From NCBI GenBank assembly GCA_046318875.1, contig JBKCTJ010000178.1:1-61544 (forward strand): DNA of 61,544 nt, in the 5' to 3' direction. The DNA is from Pseudobdellovibrionaceae bacterium. Its GTDB lineage: Bacteria > Bdellovibrionota > Bdellovibrionia > Bdellovibrionales > Bdellovibrionaceae. This document shows, piece by piece, positions 29,841-41,688 of the stretch. Under the pieces are notes generated by a model. The model was not told the origin of the DNA, made no database searches, and saw nothing but the letters and a program-made list of their open reading frames with translations. Within the stretch, counting starts at the first letter, position 1, and every line of letters begins with the position of its first letter. A program made the translations under genes and the position numbers.

Positions 29841-31904
29841 GTGAGTATTCATTTTTGGCAAGCTTCATTTATAGCTTTTGTTTTGGCTACTCTGAACGTT
29901 GTTCAGATTGGGAATATTCAACAAGTTTCTTTGAAACAAAAAATACGTGTTCAAACAAATAAAAAGTCACCCGCCTATTTAGCATTTCAACTTCTTCAAA
30001 AAAACGAAGAACACACAAAATCAGTAGACCCTGTTTGTACGGATCCGTGCGAATCCACAAATCTAGAAGCAACAGCCGGCATTCTCACTTTGGAAACTGA
30101 GCAAGCTTATCGCATTGGAAAAATGGTGTGGTTATCCAAAGTGAGTATTCAGCGTGAAGTGAGTGATCAGCCTGATCAATCAAGTGGATTCACAGCATCT
30201 TTATCCACACGGGAAGCCTTGAATCCCCAAGGCGGAAGCCGCTTTCAGCAGGACGGTAGCCGCTTTCAGCAGGATGGTAGCCGATTTAAAATGGGTGATT
30301 TGCAGGTATCGCAATACGACCAACCTCCACAGTTTTCCAAAGAACAATTTCAAGAAACAGCCGGAGCTCAAGCTTTGATGAGTCCCTTACATCTTCAAGG
30401 TACCATTGAGCTTGCCGGTGGACTCGCTGTGACTGACAGAATGAGTATTATTGTCGGCCGACACGAAGAAGGCCAAATTCAAGATTATGGAACAGTTGAT
30501 ATCGGTGCAGGCTTCTATGAAGTCAAAGTTCAGCGTCGAGCAGGAATGATCGTAGCGAAACTGGTGGATGATAAGGATCAACTTGTTGGAGAAGGTTTTT
30601 ATACGATCAATGCAGGAGATGTCGCTAACCAAAAAATAGTTATTCACCCTGTCAAATCATTGGCTGGTATTGGAGCTTATCAACAGCCACCCTCAAATGA
30701 TTCACTCACTCGTGGTGGCAGTAAGCCACCCGTTTTTGCACAAAACAACCTGGGAAGTGGATACTTCCAGGAGAGAAGTCCTCTGCCAAATGAAGAAAAA
30801 TCCTATACGCGCTCCACGGGGCTTGGCAAAAGCGATGGTCAGACTCACCCAAACTCTTTTGCGTTGTTAAGATCTGCTGCGAAAGACTATTTTCAAACGA
30901 ACCAAATTGTTCGCATTAAAGATAAAATTGAAAATACCCTCTACCCGCAATCAATGATCGATGCACTTCGAAAAATTGTGGCTGAGCAAAGAACCAGCGA
31001 ACTACAGTTTCAGAACTTGGGCGAAATGAATCTTGATGAAATGACCGTGATTTATGGAAAAGTCATGGACGAAGGAAAGCCTTCATCCGGCGTCAATGTT
31101 TCCATTGAAAGATTTCCAGACATGGTGCCTATTTATTTTAACGCTCTGATGATTCCAGACAAGGAATTAAAATCCACTTCAGCCAATGGATATTTTGCGT
31201 TTTTAGGACCGCCGGAAGGTATGCAGTCTTTGGTGGCACGAAGAGGAACTGCCTACATTTCCCACGTGAATGTCTACGCAGAAACTGGAGCAGTTTCCCA
31301 AGCGGATATTCAAATGACGCTCGCAATATCAGAAACCAATATCGTGGCTTTTGATGCCTTCACTGGGATCGTTCAACAGATGAAAGTGTCCTTGCAAAGC
31401 TTAAGTCAGGATGTTGAAACGAGTGAAGAAAATAATAACGTTTTGCTTCCTTCAGTAAACAGATTAAGTTTTGCTCACACCGAAAGAACCCCTATTTATT
31501 TTCCTAGTACTTTTGTTTATAATGATAAACAGGCTTTGATTCATTTGCCGCTGTTGCAAACCGAATGGCTAAATTCAATGAATATTAAAGTCTATGAAAA
31601 ATCGGGTCAGCAAGTGAGTCCGTTGTTTGGATTTATCGTAGGTTTTGTTCAAGATGATGATTTTATTGTTGAAGTGATGGGATATAAGTCCGAGCAAAAA
31701 ACCCAAGTGATTTATTTTGATTCAACCGGTGAGATTCTGGAACAGCAGTATGGAATTGCCGGTGGCGGATTTTTAATTCCTAATTTTGAAGACAACTCTG
31801 CTCAGGTGAAAATCACTGGTAGAAATTCAAGAATGTCATTCTTGCAAATGGTTCCTGTGGATTCACAAACAGCATCAGTCCTGACTTTTAAATTTAAAGA
31901 TTGA
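29841..31904 (+). CDS. hypothetical large secreted protein with CarboxypepD_reg-like beta-sandwich segments
   Basis: N-terminal hydrophobic segment. Segments such as VIYGKVMDEGKPSSGVNVSIE...SANGYFAFLGPPEGMQSLVA resemble carboxypeptidase-regulatory folds. GTG start. Confidence 0.6.
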   Translation: MSIHFWQASFIAFVLATLNVVQIGNIQQVSLKQKIRVQTNKKSPAYLAFQLLQKNEEHTKSVDPVCTDPCESTNLEATAGILTLETEQAYRIGKMVWLSKVSIQREVSDQPDQSSGFTASLSTREALNPQGGSRFQQDGSRFQQDGSRFKMGDLQVSQYDQPPQFSKEQFQETAGAQALMSPLHLQGTIELAGGLAVTDRMSIIVGRHEEGQIQDYGTVDIGAGFYEVKVQRRAGMIVAKLVDDKDQLVGEGFYTINAGDVANQKIVIHPVKSLAGIGAYQQPPSNDSLTRGGSKPPVFAQNNLGSGYFQERSPLPNEEKSYTRSTGLGKSDGQTHPNSFALLRSAAKDYFQTNQIVRIKDKIENTLYPQSMIDALRKIVAEQRTSELQFQNLGEMNLDEMTVIYGKVMDEGKPSSGVNVSIERFPDMVPIYFNALMIPDKELKSTSANGYFAFLGPPEGMQSLVARRGTAYISHVNVYAETGAVSQADIQMTLAISETNIVAFDAFTGIVQQMKVSLQSLSQDVETSEENNNVLLPSVNRLSFAHTERTPIYFPSTFVYNDKQALIHLPLLQTEWLNSMNIKVYEKSGQQVSPLFGFIVGFVQDDDFIVEVMGYKSEQKTQVIYFDSTGEILEQQYGIAGGGFLIPNFEDNSAQVKITGRNSRMSFLQMVPVDSQTASVLTFKFKD
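30234..30287 (+). repeat. in-frame 21-bp tandem repeat (2.6 copies) encoding GSRFQQD
   Basis: GGAAGCCGCTTTCAGCAGGAC / GGTAGCCGCTTTCAGCAGGAT / GGTAGCCGATTT. Confidence 0.9.
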
Positions 31905-33348
31905 ATTGATTGACCCAGGATTTGAAAAAAAGTCCGCGATCTTCAAAATTTTTGAACTCATCTAAACTTGTTCCACCGGGAGATAATAAAACGACGTCTC
32001 CGACTTTCAATAAGGTCTTTAAATCATTGAGCCCAGTGGCTAAAGTTGGGGTAAGATGACCCTTCAGCTGGCTCTTTTCCCTCGCCAAGGCGCCACACGC
32101 ACCAAAGAAAATAAAATTTAGCTCAAGCGTCTTTCGAAGCTGACCCAGTTCGTGCCAAGGAAGATTTTTATCTTTCCCACCAACAAGCAAAAAGGCCCTC
32201 CGTTTCGGATAAAATTGTTCCAGGGTGTGGGCCGCAGTGATCACGCTTTCAAGTGTGGTGGCTTTGCTGTCATTTATAAAAGTGACTCCACTTTTTTCTC
32301 CTAGGTTTTCCAAACGATGGGGTAACCCACCATAGTTTTTTAAATAAGTATCGGCTGTATCTTTAAACCCAAGGGATCTGAAAAGAGCCATGCACAGCAA
32401 AATATTCATTTTGTTATGATGTCCGATCAAACGATGCTGTTTCGCTTCGGGTAAATTCAGTTGAAAGGATCTCTCTAAATCAAAATAGCATGAATTGTCC
32501 GAAGAATATTTTTTCTCAAGATTTACAAGGTGCTCGGAACTACCGGCAATTCGAATGTGTTTTAAAAAATTGAGATTGCTGTATCCGAATTCCTTAAACA
32601 CATCTTGATGTTTGCCTTGGGCAAGTTCTTCAAAAAAAGAAAAAAGACCAGCACTCTCACAAGCACAAAATTTTTCACCAGATGTGATATTAAAAATTTG
32701 AAGCTTTGTCGTATAATAATGAAACTGCGTTTTATATCTTTCAAGATGATTCGGGGTAAGGGAAACTAAAGCACTGCAATTCAGCTTAAGACCATCGCAA
32801 TTTTCCAGCTGGTAACTGGACAATTCAATCACCAAATATCTCTTTCGCTGAAGAGTTTTTTTTTCAAGAATATCCGCAGCATAGTCTGCAAGGGGAATTC
32901 CAAAATTTCCGCAGACAAGGGCTTGTTCTTGAAGTCCCTCAAAAGCAAATCCCATCAAAGCAGAAACTGTGCTTTTTCCAACGGATCCAGTGACGCCAAT
33001 CAAAAATTCCGTAGTCAAAAAAAACGTCGCTAAAGAAAGTTCACTAGTTATTTGAAGACCGCTTTTTTTCGCTTTCTGGATCCACTCCGTTGTAAGCGGA
33101 TATCCTGGCGACACAATGAGTGTGCCGGGTTTTGCTGACTGCAAAGCATCCGTTCCATTTTGGAAATCTGCAGTGGCTTTGTCATCAAAAGTAAAAATAT
33201 CTTCTTTTGGAACACCAGCAAGCAGTAAGAGTCGCTGAGCAGCAAGTCCACTTTTTCCCATGCCGACAATCAGAAATGGTCCAGGAAATGGAATTAATAA
33301 ATTAGAATCAATTTTTGCAGTCACAAGCATTCTCCATTGCCCTAGCAA
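31894..33348 (-). CDS. murD: UDP-N-acetylmuramoylalanine--D-glutamate ligase
   Basis: IVGMGKSGLA, GVTGSVGKST, NDSKATT, PHRLE, VGGKDK and LLSPGGTSLDEFKNFEDRG. The start is uncertain: TTG at 33348 or ATG at 33330. Confidence 0.88.
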   Translation of the reverse strand: MLGQWRMLVTAKIDSNLLIPFPGPFLIVGMGKSGLAAQRLLLLAGVPKEDIFTFDDKATADFQNGTDALQSAKPGTLIVSPGYPLTTEWIQKAKKSGLQITSELSLATFFLTTEFLIGVTGSVGKSTVSALMGFAFEGLQEQALVCGNFGIPLADYAADILEKKTLQRKRYLVIELSSYQLENCDGLKLNCSALVSLTPNHLERYKTQFHYYTTKLQIFNITSGEKFCACESAGLFSFFEELAQGKHQDVFKEFGYSNLNFLKHIRIAGSSEHLVNLEKKYSSDNSCYFDLERSFQLNLPEAKQHRLIGHHNKMNILLCMALFRSLGFKDTADTYLKNYGGLPHRLENLGEKSGVTFINDSKATTLESVITAAHTLEQFYPKRRAFLLVGGKDKNLPWHELGQLRKTLELNFIFFGACGALAREKSQLKGHLTPTLATGLNDLKTLLKVGDVVLLSPGGTSLDEFKNFEDRGLFFKSWVNQFNL

Positions 33349-33374
33349 GACTTCATCCTTAAGCTAATGGAATT

Positions 33375-34889
33375 ATGTCTGACTTGGAAACAAAATCCAC
33401 GCCAAATTTTAAGACAGCAAAACACACAACGATCATTAGTGATTTGCATTTGTGCGAGGCCGAGCCGGTTCACCCGAAGTACCCCCTGTGGAAGAAGTTT
33501 AAAACCAAAGAATTTTTCTTTGATCATATCTTTGCAGACTTTCTGATCAAGATCGAAAAAAAAGCCGCTGGGGATTCTGTGGAGTTAATATTAAACGGGG
33601 ATATTTTTGATTTTGATTCAGTGACAAAGCAGCCGGAATATCCTCTTTTTTCCAGCAGTTGGACCGAAAAGAGACATGGTCTGCTTCCACGCGCGGATAA
33701 GTCAGCTTTTAAAATCAAAGTCATTTTAGACGATCATGAGGAGTTTATAACAGCTCTGCGAGAATTCGTGATCCGTGGACATCGGGTTGTCTTCATTACT
33801 GGAAATCATGATTTAGAACTTCATTTTCCAGAAGTTCAAAAAACAATTCGAGATCGTTTGCAGCTTTCTTCCGAACAACAGGAGCATATTCGCTTTGTCG
33901 AATGGTTTTATATCAGTAACAGTGACACATTGATCGAGCATGGAAATCAGTACGATCCCTATTGCGTTTGTGAAGATCCGCTGACGCCATTTATTCGTGG
34001 ATATAATTTTACTTCGATGAAGCTTCCTTTTGGAAATCAGGCGTGCCGGTACATCACGAATGCTATGGGGTTTTTCAATCCCCATGTGGACACAAACTAT
34101 ATTATGACGCTGGATCAATACGTAACCGTATTCCTGAGGTATATGGTGCGTGCCCAACCCCTGATCGTGTTTACATGGTTTTTTGGTGCATTAAATACGC
34201 TTTGGTTTACTTTCAAAGATCGCTTTGCTGTGACGATTAAAAACCCCTACCGCATTGAAGATAAAACTGAAGAAGTTGCAAAAAAATCGAACTCAACACC
34301 ACGCATGGTTCGCGAATTGAAAGAGCTTTTTGCGGAACCCGCTTCATCCAGGCCCTTTCTTGTGTTGCAGGAGCTGTGGCTTGATCGCGCGTTTTTGATT
34401 ATGATCGGATTCTTTGTTGCATACCAGTTGATGGGAATTATTCGAACGATTTATTCTGTTTCTTTTTTTTGGATGCTGATTCCAATGTTTTTATTTTTTC
34501 CGTTCTTTTTGTTTTATTCTAAATCCGTATCTTCTTTGGTGTCCGGGTATAAAGAACCCGATGATCGCATTTTGGCGACAGCCAGTTCAATTACCAATGT
34601 TCAAAGAATTGTCTTTGGCCATACCCACATTGTTCGTCACGAAATGATTGGCTTTGTAGAACACTTAAACTCGGGCTGTTGGTCTCCTGCCTTTTTAGAT
34701 ATTGAGTGCACAAAACCCATCGATCAAAAAACCTTTGTATGGATCTCTGAAACTCAAGAGTACTCGGACGATGTGTCAAAAAAACAGGCAACAAGCCACG
34801 GACCCAGAAAAGCCGAGGTCTTTCGCTTCGAAAATGGTCAGATTAAGCCCGTTTTTGCAATCAGTGCTCGCCAAAGACAAAAAATTTAG
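33375..34889 (+). CDS. calcineurin-like metallophosphoesterase with C-terminal membrane segments
   Basis: ISDLHL, NGDIFDF, ITGNHD and GHTH motifs. Hydrophobic helices occur around residues 260-380. Confidence 0.8.
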   Translation: MSDLETKSTPNFKTAKHTTIISDLHLCEAEPVHPKYPLWKKFKTKEFFFDHIFADFLIKIEKKAAGDSVELILNGDIFDFDSVTKQPEYPLFSSSWTEKRHGLLPRADKSAFKIKVILDDHEEFITALREFVIRGHRVVFITGNHDLELHFPEVQKTIRDRLQLSSEQQEHIRFVEWFYISNSDTLIEHGNQYDPYCVCEDPLTPFIRGYNFTSMKLPFGNQACRYITNAMGFFNPHVDTNYIMTLDQYVTVFLRYMVRAQPLIVFTWFFGALNTLWFTFKDRFAVTIKNPYRIEDKTEEVAKKSNSTPRMVRELKELFAEPASSRPFLVLQELWLDRAFLIMIGFFVAYQLMGIIRTIYSVSFFWMLIPMFLFFPFFLFYSKSVSSLVSGYKEPDDRILATASSITNVQRIVFGHTHIVRHEMIGFVEHLNSGCWSPAFLDIECTKPIDQKTFVWISETQEYSDDVSKKQATSHGPRKAEVFRFENGQIKPVFAISARQRQKI

Positions 34890-34973
34890 GTTGTCAGAAA
34901 AGCGCAGAGTATGTGACGCTAAAACAGCGTTTAATTCGATTTAAAGTCTTTTATATTAAAGTAAGGAGCTTTT

Positions 34974-35168
34974 ATGGCAGAAGTTTTAGTTGTGACAAGC
35001 AAAGTAAAAAAGCTAATCAAAGAAAAAGGCGGCATGAACACTTCATCCGAGACGATTGCAGTGTTAAGCCAAGCCATTGAACAACTCTGCCTTAAAGGTG
35101 TAGAGAGCGCAAAGTCAGACGGTCGCAAAACTGTTATGGCTCGAGATATCGTGATCGATCACTTGTAA
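34974..35168 (+). CDS. histone-fold DNA-binding protein (bacterial histone, Bd0055/HBb-like)
   Basis: 64 aa, MAEVLVVTSKVKKLIKEKGG...SAKSDGRKTVMARDIVIDHL. The helix-loop-long helix-loop-helix layout and the GRKTV..DI block align with archaeal HMfB AGRKTIKAEDIE. AAGGAG RBS 5 nt upstream. It has its own terminator. Confidence 0.85.
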   Translation: MAEVLVVTSKVKKLIKEKGGMNTSSETIAVLSQAIEQLCLKGVESAKSDGRKTVMARDIVIDHL

Positions 35169-35199
35169 TTTCAAATTTATTCAAATTTGTTTTCAATTC

Positions 35200-35231
35200 C
35201 GGACCTGATGGAAAATCAGGTCCGTTTCTTT
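35200..35231 (+). terminator. intrinsic terminator of the histone gene
   Basis: 10-bp stem CGGACCTGAT/ATCAGGTCCG, loop GGAAA, then TTTCTTT. Confidence 0.8.
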
Positions 35232-35272
35232 ATGTCATAAAACGTCTATTTTTCCTTAGAGATGGTTTGAGC

Positions 35273-37294
<2,022 letters not shown>

Positions 37295-37487
37295 TTACAA
37301 ATTTGCATTTTAAGAGTTCTTGGTCTGTTTGACTCCTCGCTACCTTACTTCTGAATTTTCAGAAAACCAACCCCTTCGAGTAGAATTTCTGCTTCTTGTA
37401 TTGTGGATCAACAACTTTGCTTTCATTCAGAAGACTTTTTGGATATGTTCGGAAGACGCCTTAGTTATAAATCATTGGAGAATCAAA

Positions 37488-37769
37488 GTGATTGATCAAA
37501 AGAATATCGAGCATATTGCCAAACTAGCAAAACTTAGAATTTCTGAAGATGAAGCCAAACAATATGCGGCTCAACTTTCGAAATCTTTGGAATATTTTGA
37601 CCAAATTTCTCAAGTCGATGTGACTGGTGTTGAGCCCATGGTGACACCTTCTGATATCGAAGTTTTTTTGCGAGATGATCAAGTCGTGAAAACGGTATCT
37701 TCTGAAGACCTTGTCGCCAATGCACCAGAGCGCCTAGGACATTTGTTTAAAGTTCCACCAGTAGTTTAA
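37488..37769 (+). CDS. gatC: Asp/Glu-tRNA amidotransferase subunit C
   Basis: In-frame GTG 37488 behind GGAGAA gives a 93-aa protein, IDQKNIEHIAKLAKLRISEDEA... The longer ORF-track N-terminus looks non-coding. Confidence 0.88.
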   Translation: MIDQKNIEHIAKLAKLRISEDEAKQYAAQLSKSLEYFDQISQVDVTGVEPMVTPSDIEVFLRDDQVVKTVSSEDLVANAPERLGHLFKVPPVV

Positions 37770-37805
37770 AACCTTCATCTAAAAGCCAGTTCAAAGGGAT
37801 AATCC

Positions 37806-39284
37806 ATGGATTTATTAAATGCGAGCATGAAACAAATTGGACAAGCTGTTCAAGATAAAAAAATCAAAGCAACAGAAGTCGCCAGTTTTTTTCAGCAAAG
37901 AATTTCTCAGTACGATCAACAGTTAAATAGTTACATCACACAAAACAATCGGCTTTTAGAAGATGCCAAAGGAATCGATGATCGTATCGCTAAGGGCGAA
38001 ACCCTTGGTGTTTTTGCAGGTGTTCCCATGGGCATCAAAGATATGTTTTGCACCAAGGGAATTCGGACGACGGCAGCTTCTAAGATTTTAGAAAACTTTG
38101 TTCCGCCCTATGATTCAACAGTGGTTGCTCGCTTAAAAAACTCAGGCGTCACTATCTTGGGAAAATTGAATCAAGACGAATTTGCCATGGGTTCAAGCAA
38201 CGAGAGTTCGTATTTTGGTGCAGTGAAAAATCCATGGAATTTGGCTCACAGTCCTGGGGGATCCAGTGGTGGTTCTGCTGCGGCTCAAGCGGCCGGGCTT
38301 GCTTGTGGAACTGTGGGCACGGATACGGGTGGATCTATTAGACAACCTGCAAGTTTTTGTGGAATTGTCGGAGTGAAGCCAACCTACGGCCGCGTAAGTA
38401 GATATGGAATCATTGCTTTTGCTTCAAGTCTTGATCAAGCCGGTCCAATGGTGAACACAGTCGATGATGCAGCAGCGATGTTGGAAGTTATCAGTGGCCA
38501 TGACGAGATGGACGCCACAACGTCTCAACGACCAGTGCCAGCCTTTTCAAAAAATTTAAAAGAAGACATCAAGGGAATGAAAATTGGTTTATTGAAAGAA
38601 TATCAAACAGACAAATTGAATTCAGATGTTCAAAAAGCGGTTTCAGAAGCCATTGAGATTTTGAAAAAAAGGGGAGCCGAAATTGTCGAAGTTTCTGCGC
38701 CGCTAACGAAATATGCTATTCCGATTTATTATTTGATCGCGACCAGCGAAGCGTCTTCCAATTTGGCAAGATATGACGGGGTCAAGTATGGCTTCCGCGC
38801 ACCAGAGCTTAAGTTAAATAAATATGATTTAGATGATTTTTATTCCATCACACGGGGGCTTGGTTTTGGGAAAGAAGTAAAAAGACGAATCATGTTAGGG
38901 ACCTACTGCTTATCCAGTGGCTATTTCGATGCTTACTATAAAAAAGCATGCCAGGTGCGCCGTTTGTTGCGTGATCAATATGTTGCCGCTTTTCAAAAAT
39001 GCGATGTGATTTTGAGTCCAATGACCACGCAGCCTGCTTTTAAGTTGGGTGAAAATTCCAATGACCCACTTGCAATGTATTTAAATGACATTTTTACTGT
39101 TTCGACAAATATGGCAGGCTTACCTGGCATGAGCCTTCCTTTTGCGATGTCGGGAACAGGTTTACCTATTGGAATTCAACTGACAGCTTGTCACTTTGAA
39201 GAACAAAAAATGTTGAATGTTGGTTTTGCATTGGAAAAATCCACCAAAATGTCTGAAATGAAGCCGAAAGGATTTGCATCATGA
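37806..39284 (+). CDS. gatA: Asp/Glu-tRNA amidotransferase subunit A
   Basis: Amidase signature GGSSGGSAAA...GTDTGGSIRQPA. Confidence 0.96.
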   Translation: MDLLNASMKQIGQAVQDKKIKATEVASFFQQRISQYDQQLNSYITQNNRLLEDAKGIDDRIAKGETLGVFAGVPMGIKDMFCTKGIRTTAASKILENFVPPYDSTVVARLKNSGVTILGKLNQDEFAMGSSNESSYFGAVKNPWNLAHSPGGSSGGSAAAQAAGLACGTVGTDTGGSIRQPASFCGIVGVKPTYGRVSRYGIIAFASSLDQAGPMVNTVDDAAAMLEVISGHDEMDATTSQRPVPAFSKNLKEDIKGMKIGLLKEYQTDKLNSDVQKAVSEAIEILKKRGAEIVEVSAPLTKYAIPIYYLIATSEASSNLARYDGVKYGFRAPELKLNKYDLDDFYSITRGLGFGKEVKRRIMLGTYCLSSGYFDAYYKKACQVRRLLRDQYVAAFQKCDVILSPMTTQPAFKLGENSNDPLAMYLNDIFTVSTNMAGLPGMSLPFAMSGTGLPIGIQLTACHFEEQKMLNVGFALEKSTKMSEMKPKGFAS

Positions 39285-40714
39285 ATCTTCGAGGATATGA
39301 ATCTGTCATTGGACTTGAAGTCCATGTTCAATTGAAAACAAAAAGCAAAGTTTTTTGTGGAGATTCCACGGTCTTTGATGCCGGTGATAACGAAAATGCA
39401 TCGCCGATTTCTTGTGGAATGCCGGGGACTCTCCCCGTTTTAAATAAAACAGCAGTTGAAATGTCTATTAAGACGGGCCTTGCCTTGGGCTGTGATATCC
39501 GTCGCAAATCCGTATTTTCAAGAAAAAATTATTTTTATCCCGATCTGCCAAAGGGCTACCAAATTTCTCAGTATGATTTGCCACTGTGTGAAAATGGCAG
39601 CTTAACTATTTTACTCGACGGTGTAGAGAAAACGATTCGCATTGAGCGAGCCCACATGGAAGAAGATGCTGGGAAATCAAATCACCATGGCGACTACACT
39701 TTGGTGAACTATAACCGAGCGGGTATTCCACTTTTAGAAATCGTTTCTGGTCCGGATATGCGATCTGCCCAAGAAGCCGCTCAGTACGCCCGAACCATGA
39801 GACAAGTGGTGAGATATTTAGATGTTTGCGATGGCAATCTTGAAGAAGGATCTTTGCGTTGTGATTGCAATGTCAGCGTGCGTAAAATAGGTGCGCCAAA
39901 ATTTGGAACCAAAGTTGAGTTGAAAAATATCAACTCGTTTCGATTTATAGAAAAAGCCATTGAGTATGAAATTGAACGACAAATCGATGCCATCGAAAGA
40001 GGCGAAAAAATCGTTCAAGAAACCAGACTTTACGATCCAGATAAAAATCGTACTTTCTCAATGAGAACCAAAGAAGACGCTCAGGACTATCGATACTTTC
40101 CAGATCCAGACTTGTTGCCTTTGCAAATCGCGGAAGCCCAAATTGAACAAATTCGCAAGACCTTACCGGAATTGCCATCAGCTCGCATCAAGCGTTTTCA
40201 AACAGCTTTTGGTCTTCCCCTTTACGATGCTGATGTTCTGACAAGTGAAAAAGAATTTTCAGATTATTTTGAAAAAACGGCTCTGGTTACAAAAAATCAC
40301 AAAGCAGATTCGAATTGTATCATGTCGGATTTGATGCGAGAACTGAATGAGAATAAATTAGATGTGACGAGATCACCGATTTCTCCACAAATGTTGGGCG
40401 AAATGATTTTGCTCATTGACCAGGGCACAATCTCGGGAAAAATGGCAAAAACAGTTTTTGTTGAGATGTGGAAATCAGGAAAAGACCCAGCAACCATCGT
40501 CAAAGAAAAAGGCCTCGTCCAAATTACAGACACTTCTGCTATTGAAAAAATCATTGATGAAGTGCTCGTAGCAAATCCAACAGAAGTAGCAGCTTTCCGC
40601 GGTGGCAAAACGAAATTGATGGGATTTTTTGTCGGTGCAGCCATGAAAGCCACCAAAGGACAAGCCAGCCCAGAAATGGTCAATAAAATCTTGGCTCAGA
40701 AACTTCAAGGATAA
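39281..40714 (+). CDS. gatB: Asp/Glu-tRNA amidotransferase subunit B
   Basis: YESVIGLEVHVQL and the C-terminal GatB/YqeY tail. ATGA overlap with gatA. Confidence 0.96.
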   Translation: MNLRGYESVIGLEVHVQLKTKSKVFCGDSTVFDAGDNENASPISCGMPGTLPVLNKTAVEMSIKTGLALGCDIRRKSVFSRKNYFYPDLPKGYQISQYDLPLCENGSLTILLDGVEKTIRIERAHMEEDAGKSNHHGDYTLVNYNRAGIPLLEIVSGPDMRSAQEAAQYARTMRQVVRYLDVCDGNLEEGSLRCDCNVSVRKIGAPKFGTKVELKNINSFRFIEKAIEYEIERQIDAIERGEKIVQETRLYDPDKNRTFSMRTKEDAQDYRYFPDPDLLPLQIAEAQIEQIRKTLPELPSARIKRFQTAFGLPLYDADVLTSEKEFSDYFEKTALVTKNHKADSNCIMSDLMRELNENKLDVTRSPISPQMLGEMILLIDQGTISGKMAKTVFVEMWKSGKDPATIVKEKGLVQITDTSAIEKIIDEVLVANPTEVAAFRGGKTKLMGFFVGAAMKATKGQASPEMVNKILAQKLQG

Positions 40715-40718
40715 AAAT

Positions 40719-41684
40719 TTGAAGCTAGCAGCGCTGGATTTGGGATCAAATTCGTTTTTGTGTTTGATCGCAGATATTGATCAGCAGAGAAAAATTGTTG
40801 TTGAACAAGATCTTTTGCACATGGTGCGTTTAGGCGAAGGACTGCAAGGCTCGAGACGTTTTAGCGAAGCAGCTTTGCAAAGAGCCGATGCAGCCTTAAA
40901 ATTATTTAAAGAAAATATCAAAAAAGCCAACTGTGATCATGTCTTGGCTTTTGCGACGGCCGCTGCTCGGGATGCTATAAATAAAGAAGATCTTTTTCAA
41001 ATATGTAAAAACCATCAGATACCAATTGAAATTGTCAGTGGGCCCCAAGAAGCTGAAGTTACTTTTTTTGGAGCAACTTGCGAGGTGGCAGATATGCCTT
41101 CTTTGAAGTTGCAACCGGATTCATATCAACTCGTGATTGATATCGGCGGCAGATCTACGGAAATGATTTTGGGCTATGAAGAAAAAATCAAATTTGCCAG
41201 AAGTTTGAATATTGGTTGTGTGGGATTTACAGAAGAATTCAAGCCTTTATTCCCTCTTGAAAGCGAAGCCATTCTAAAAATTCAACAGCAAATCAAACAT
41301 GTCATCCACGACACAGTCTTAGAAATTTTAAACTTGGTTCAAGATAAACAAATGATTGTGATTGCTGTGGCAGGAACTCCGACCACCCTAGCTGCAATGG
41401 AAGTGGGTAAATATTCCGTTGCAGCAGTTGAAGGATTTGAATTTACAGCCCAGCGGCTGGAGAATTGGAGCGCTCTTCTTGCCAATCGAACTCCACTAGA
41501 AATTCAAAGATCCTACGGAATTGAATTCAAACGTGCCGATGTGATTTATGTCGGCGCAGAGATTCTGAATCAAATTTTAAAAAAAATTTCAGAAACTAGA
41601 CCATCAGACCAAAGCATTCATGTTTCGACTAAGGGCATTCGTTATGGCGTCATGAAAGAAATGATGAAACGATTAAAGCTATAA
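40719..41684 (+). CDS. Ppx/GppA family phosphatase
   Basis: ALDLGSNSF and DIGGRSTE motifs of the ASKHA fold. TTG start. Confidence 0.85.
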   Translation: MKLAALDLGSNSFLCLIADIDQQRKIVVEQDLLHMVRLGEGLQGSRRFSEAALQRADAALKLFKENIKKANCDHVLAFATAAARDAINKEDLFQICKNHQIPIEIVSGPQEAEVTFFGATCEVADMPSLKLQPDSYQLVIDIGGRSTEMILGYEEKIKFARSLNIGCVGFTEEFKPLFPLESEAILKIQQQIKHVIHDTVLEILNLVQDKQMIVIAVAGTPTTLAAMEVGKYSVAAVEGFEFTAQRLENWSALLANRTPLEIQRSYGIEFKRADVIYVGAEILNQILKKISETRPSDQSIHVSTKGIRYGVMKEMMKRLKL

Positions 41685-41688
41685 AGCG

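Noticed and set aside
37320-37487. A 56-codon N-terminal extension of the gatC ORF.
   Set aside because: GatC is about 95 aa. The GTG at 37488 has a GGAGAA RBS, and the upstream part is hydrophobic nonsense.
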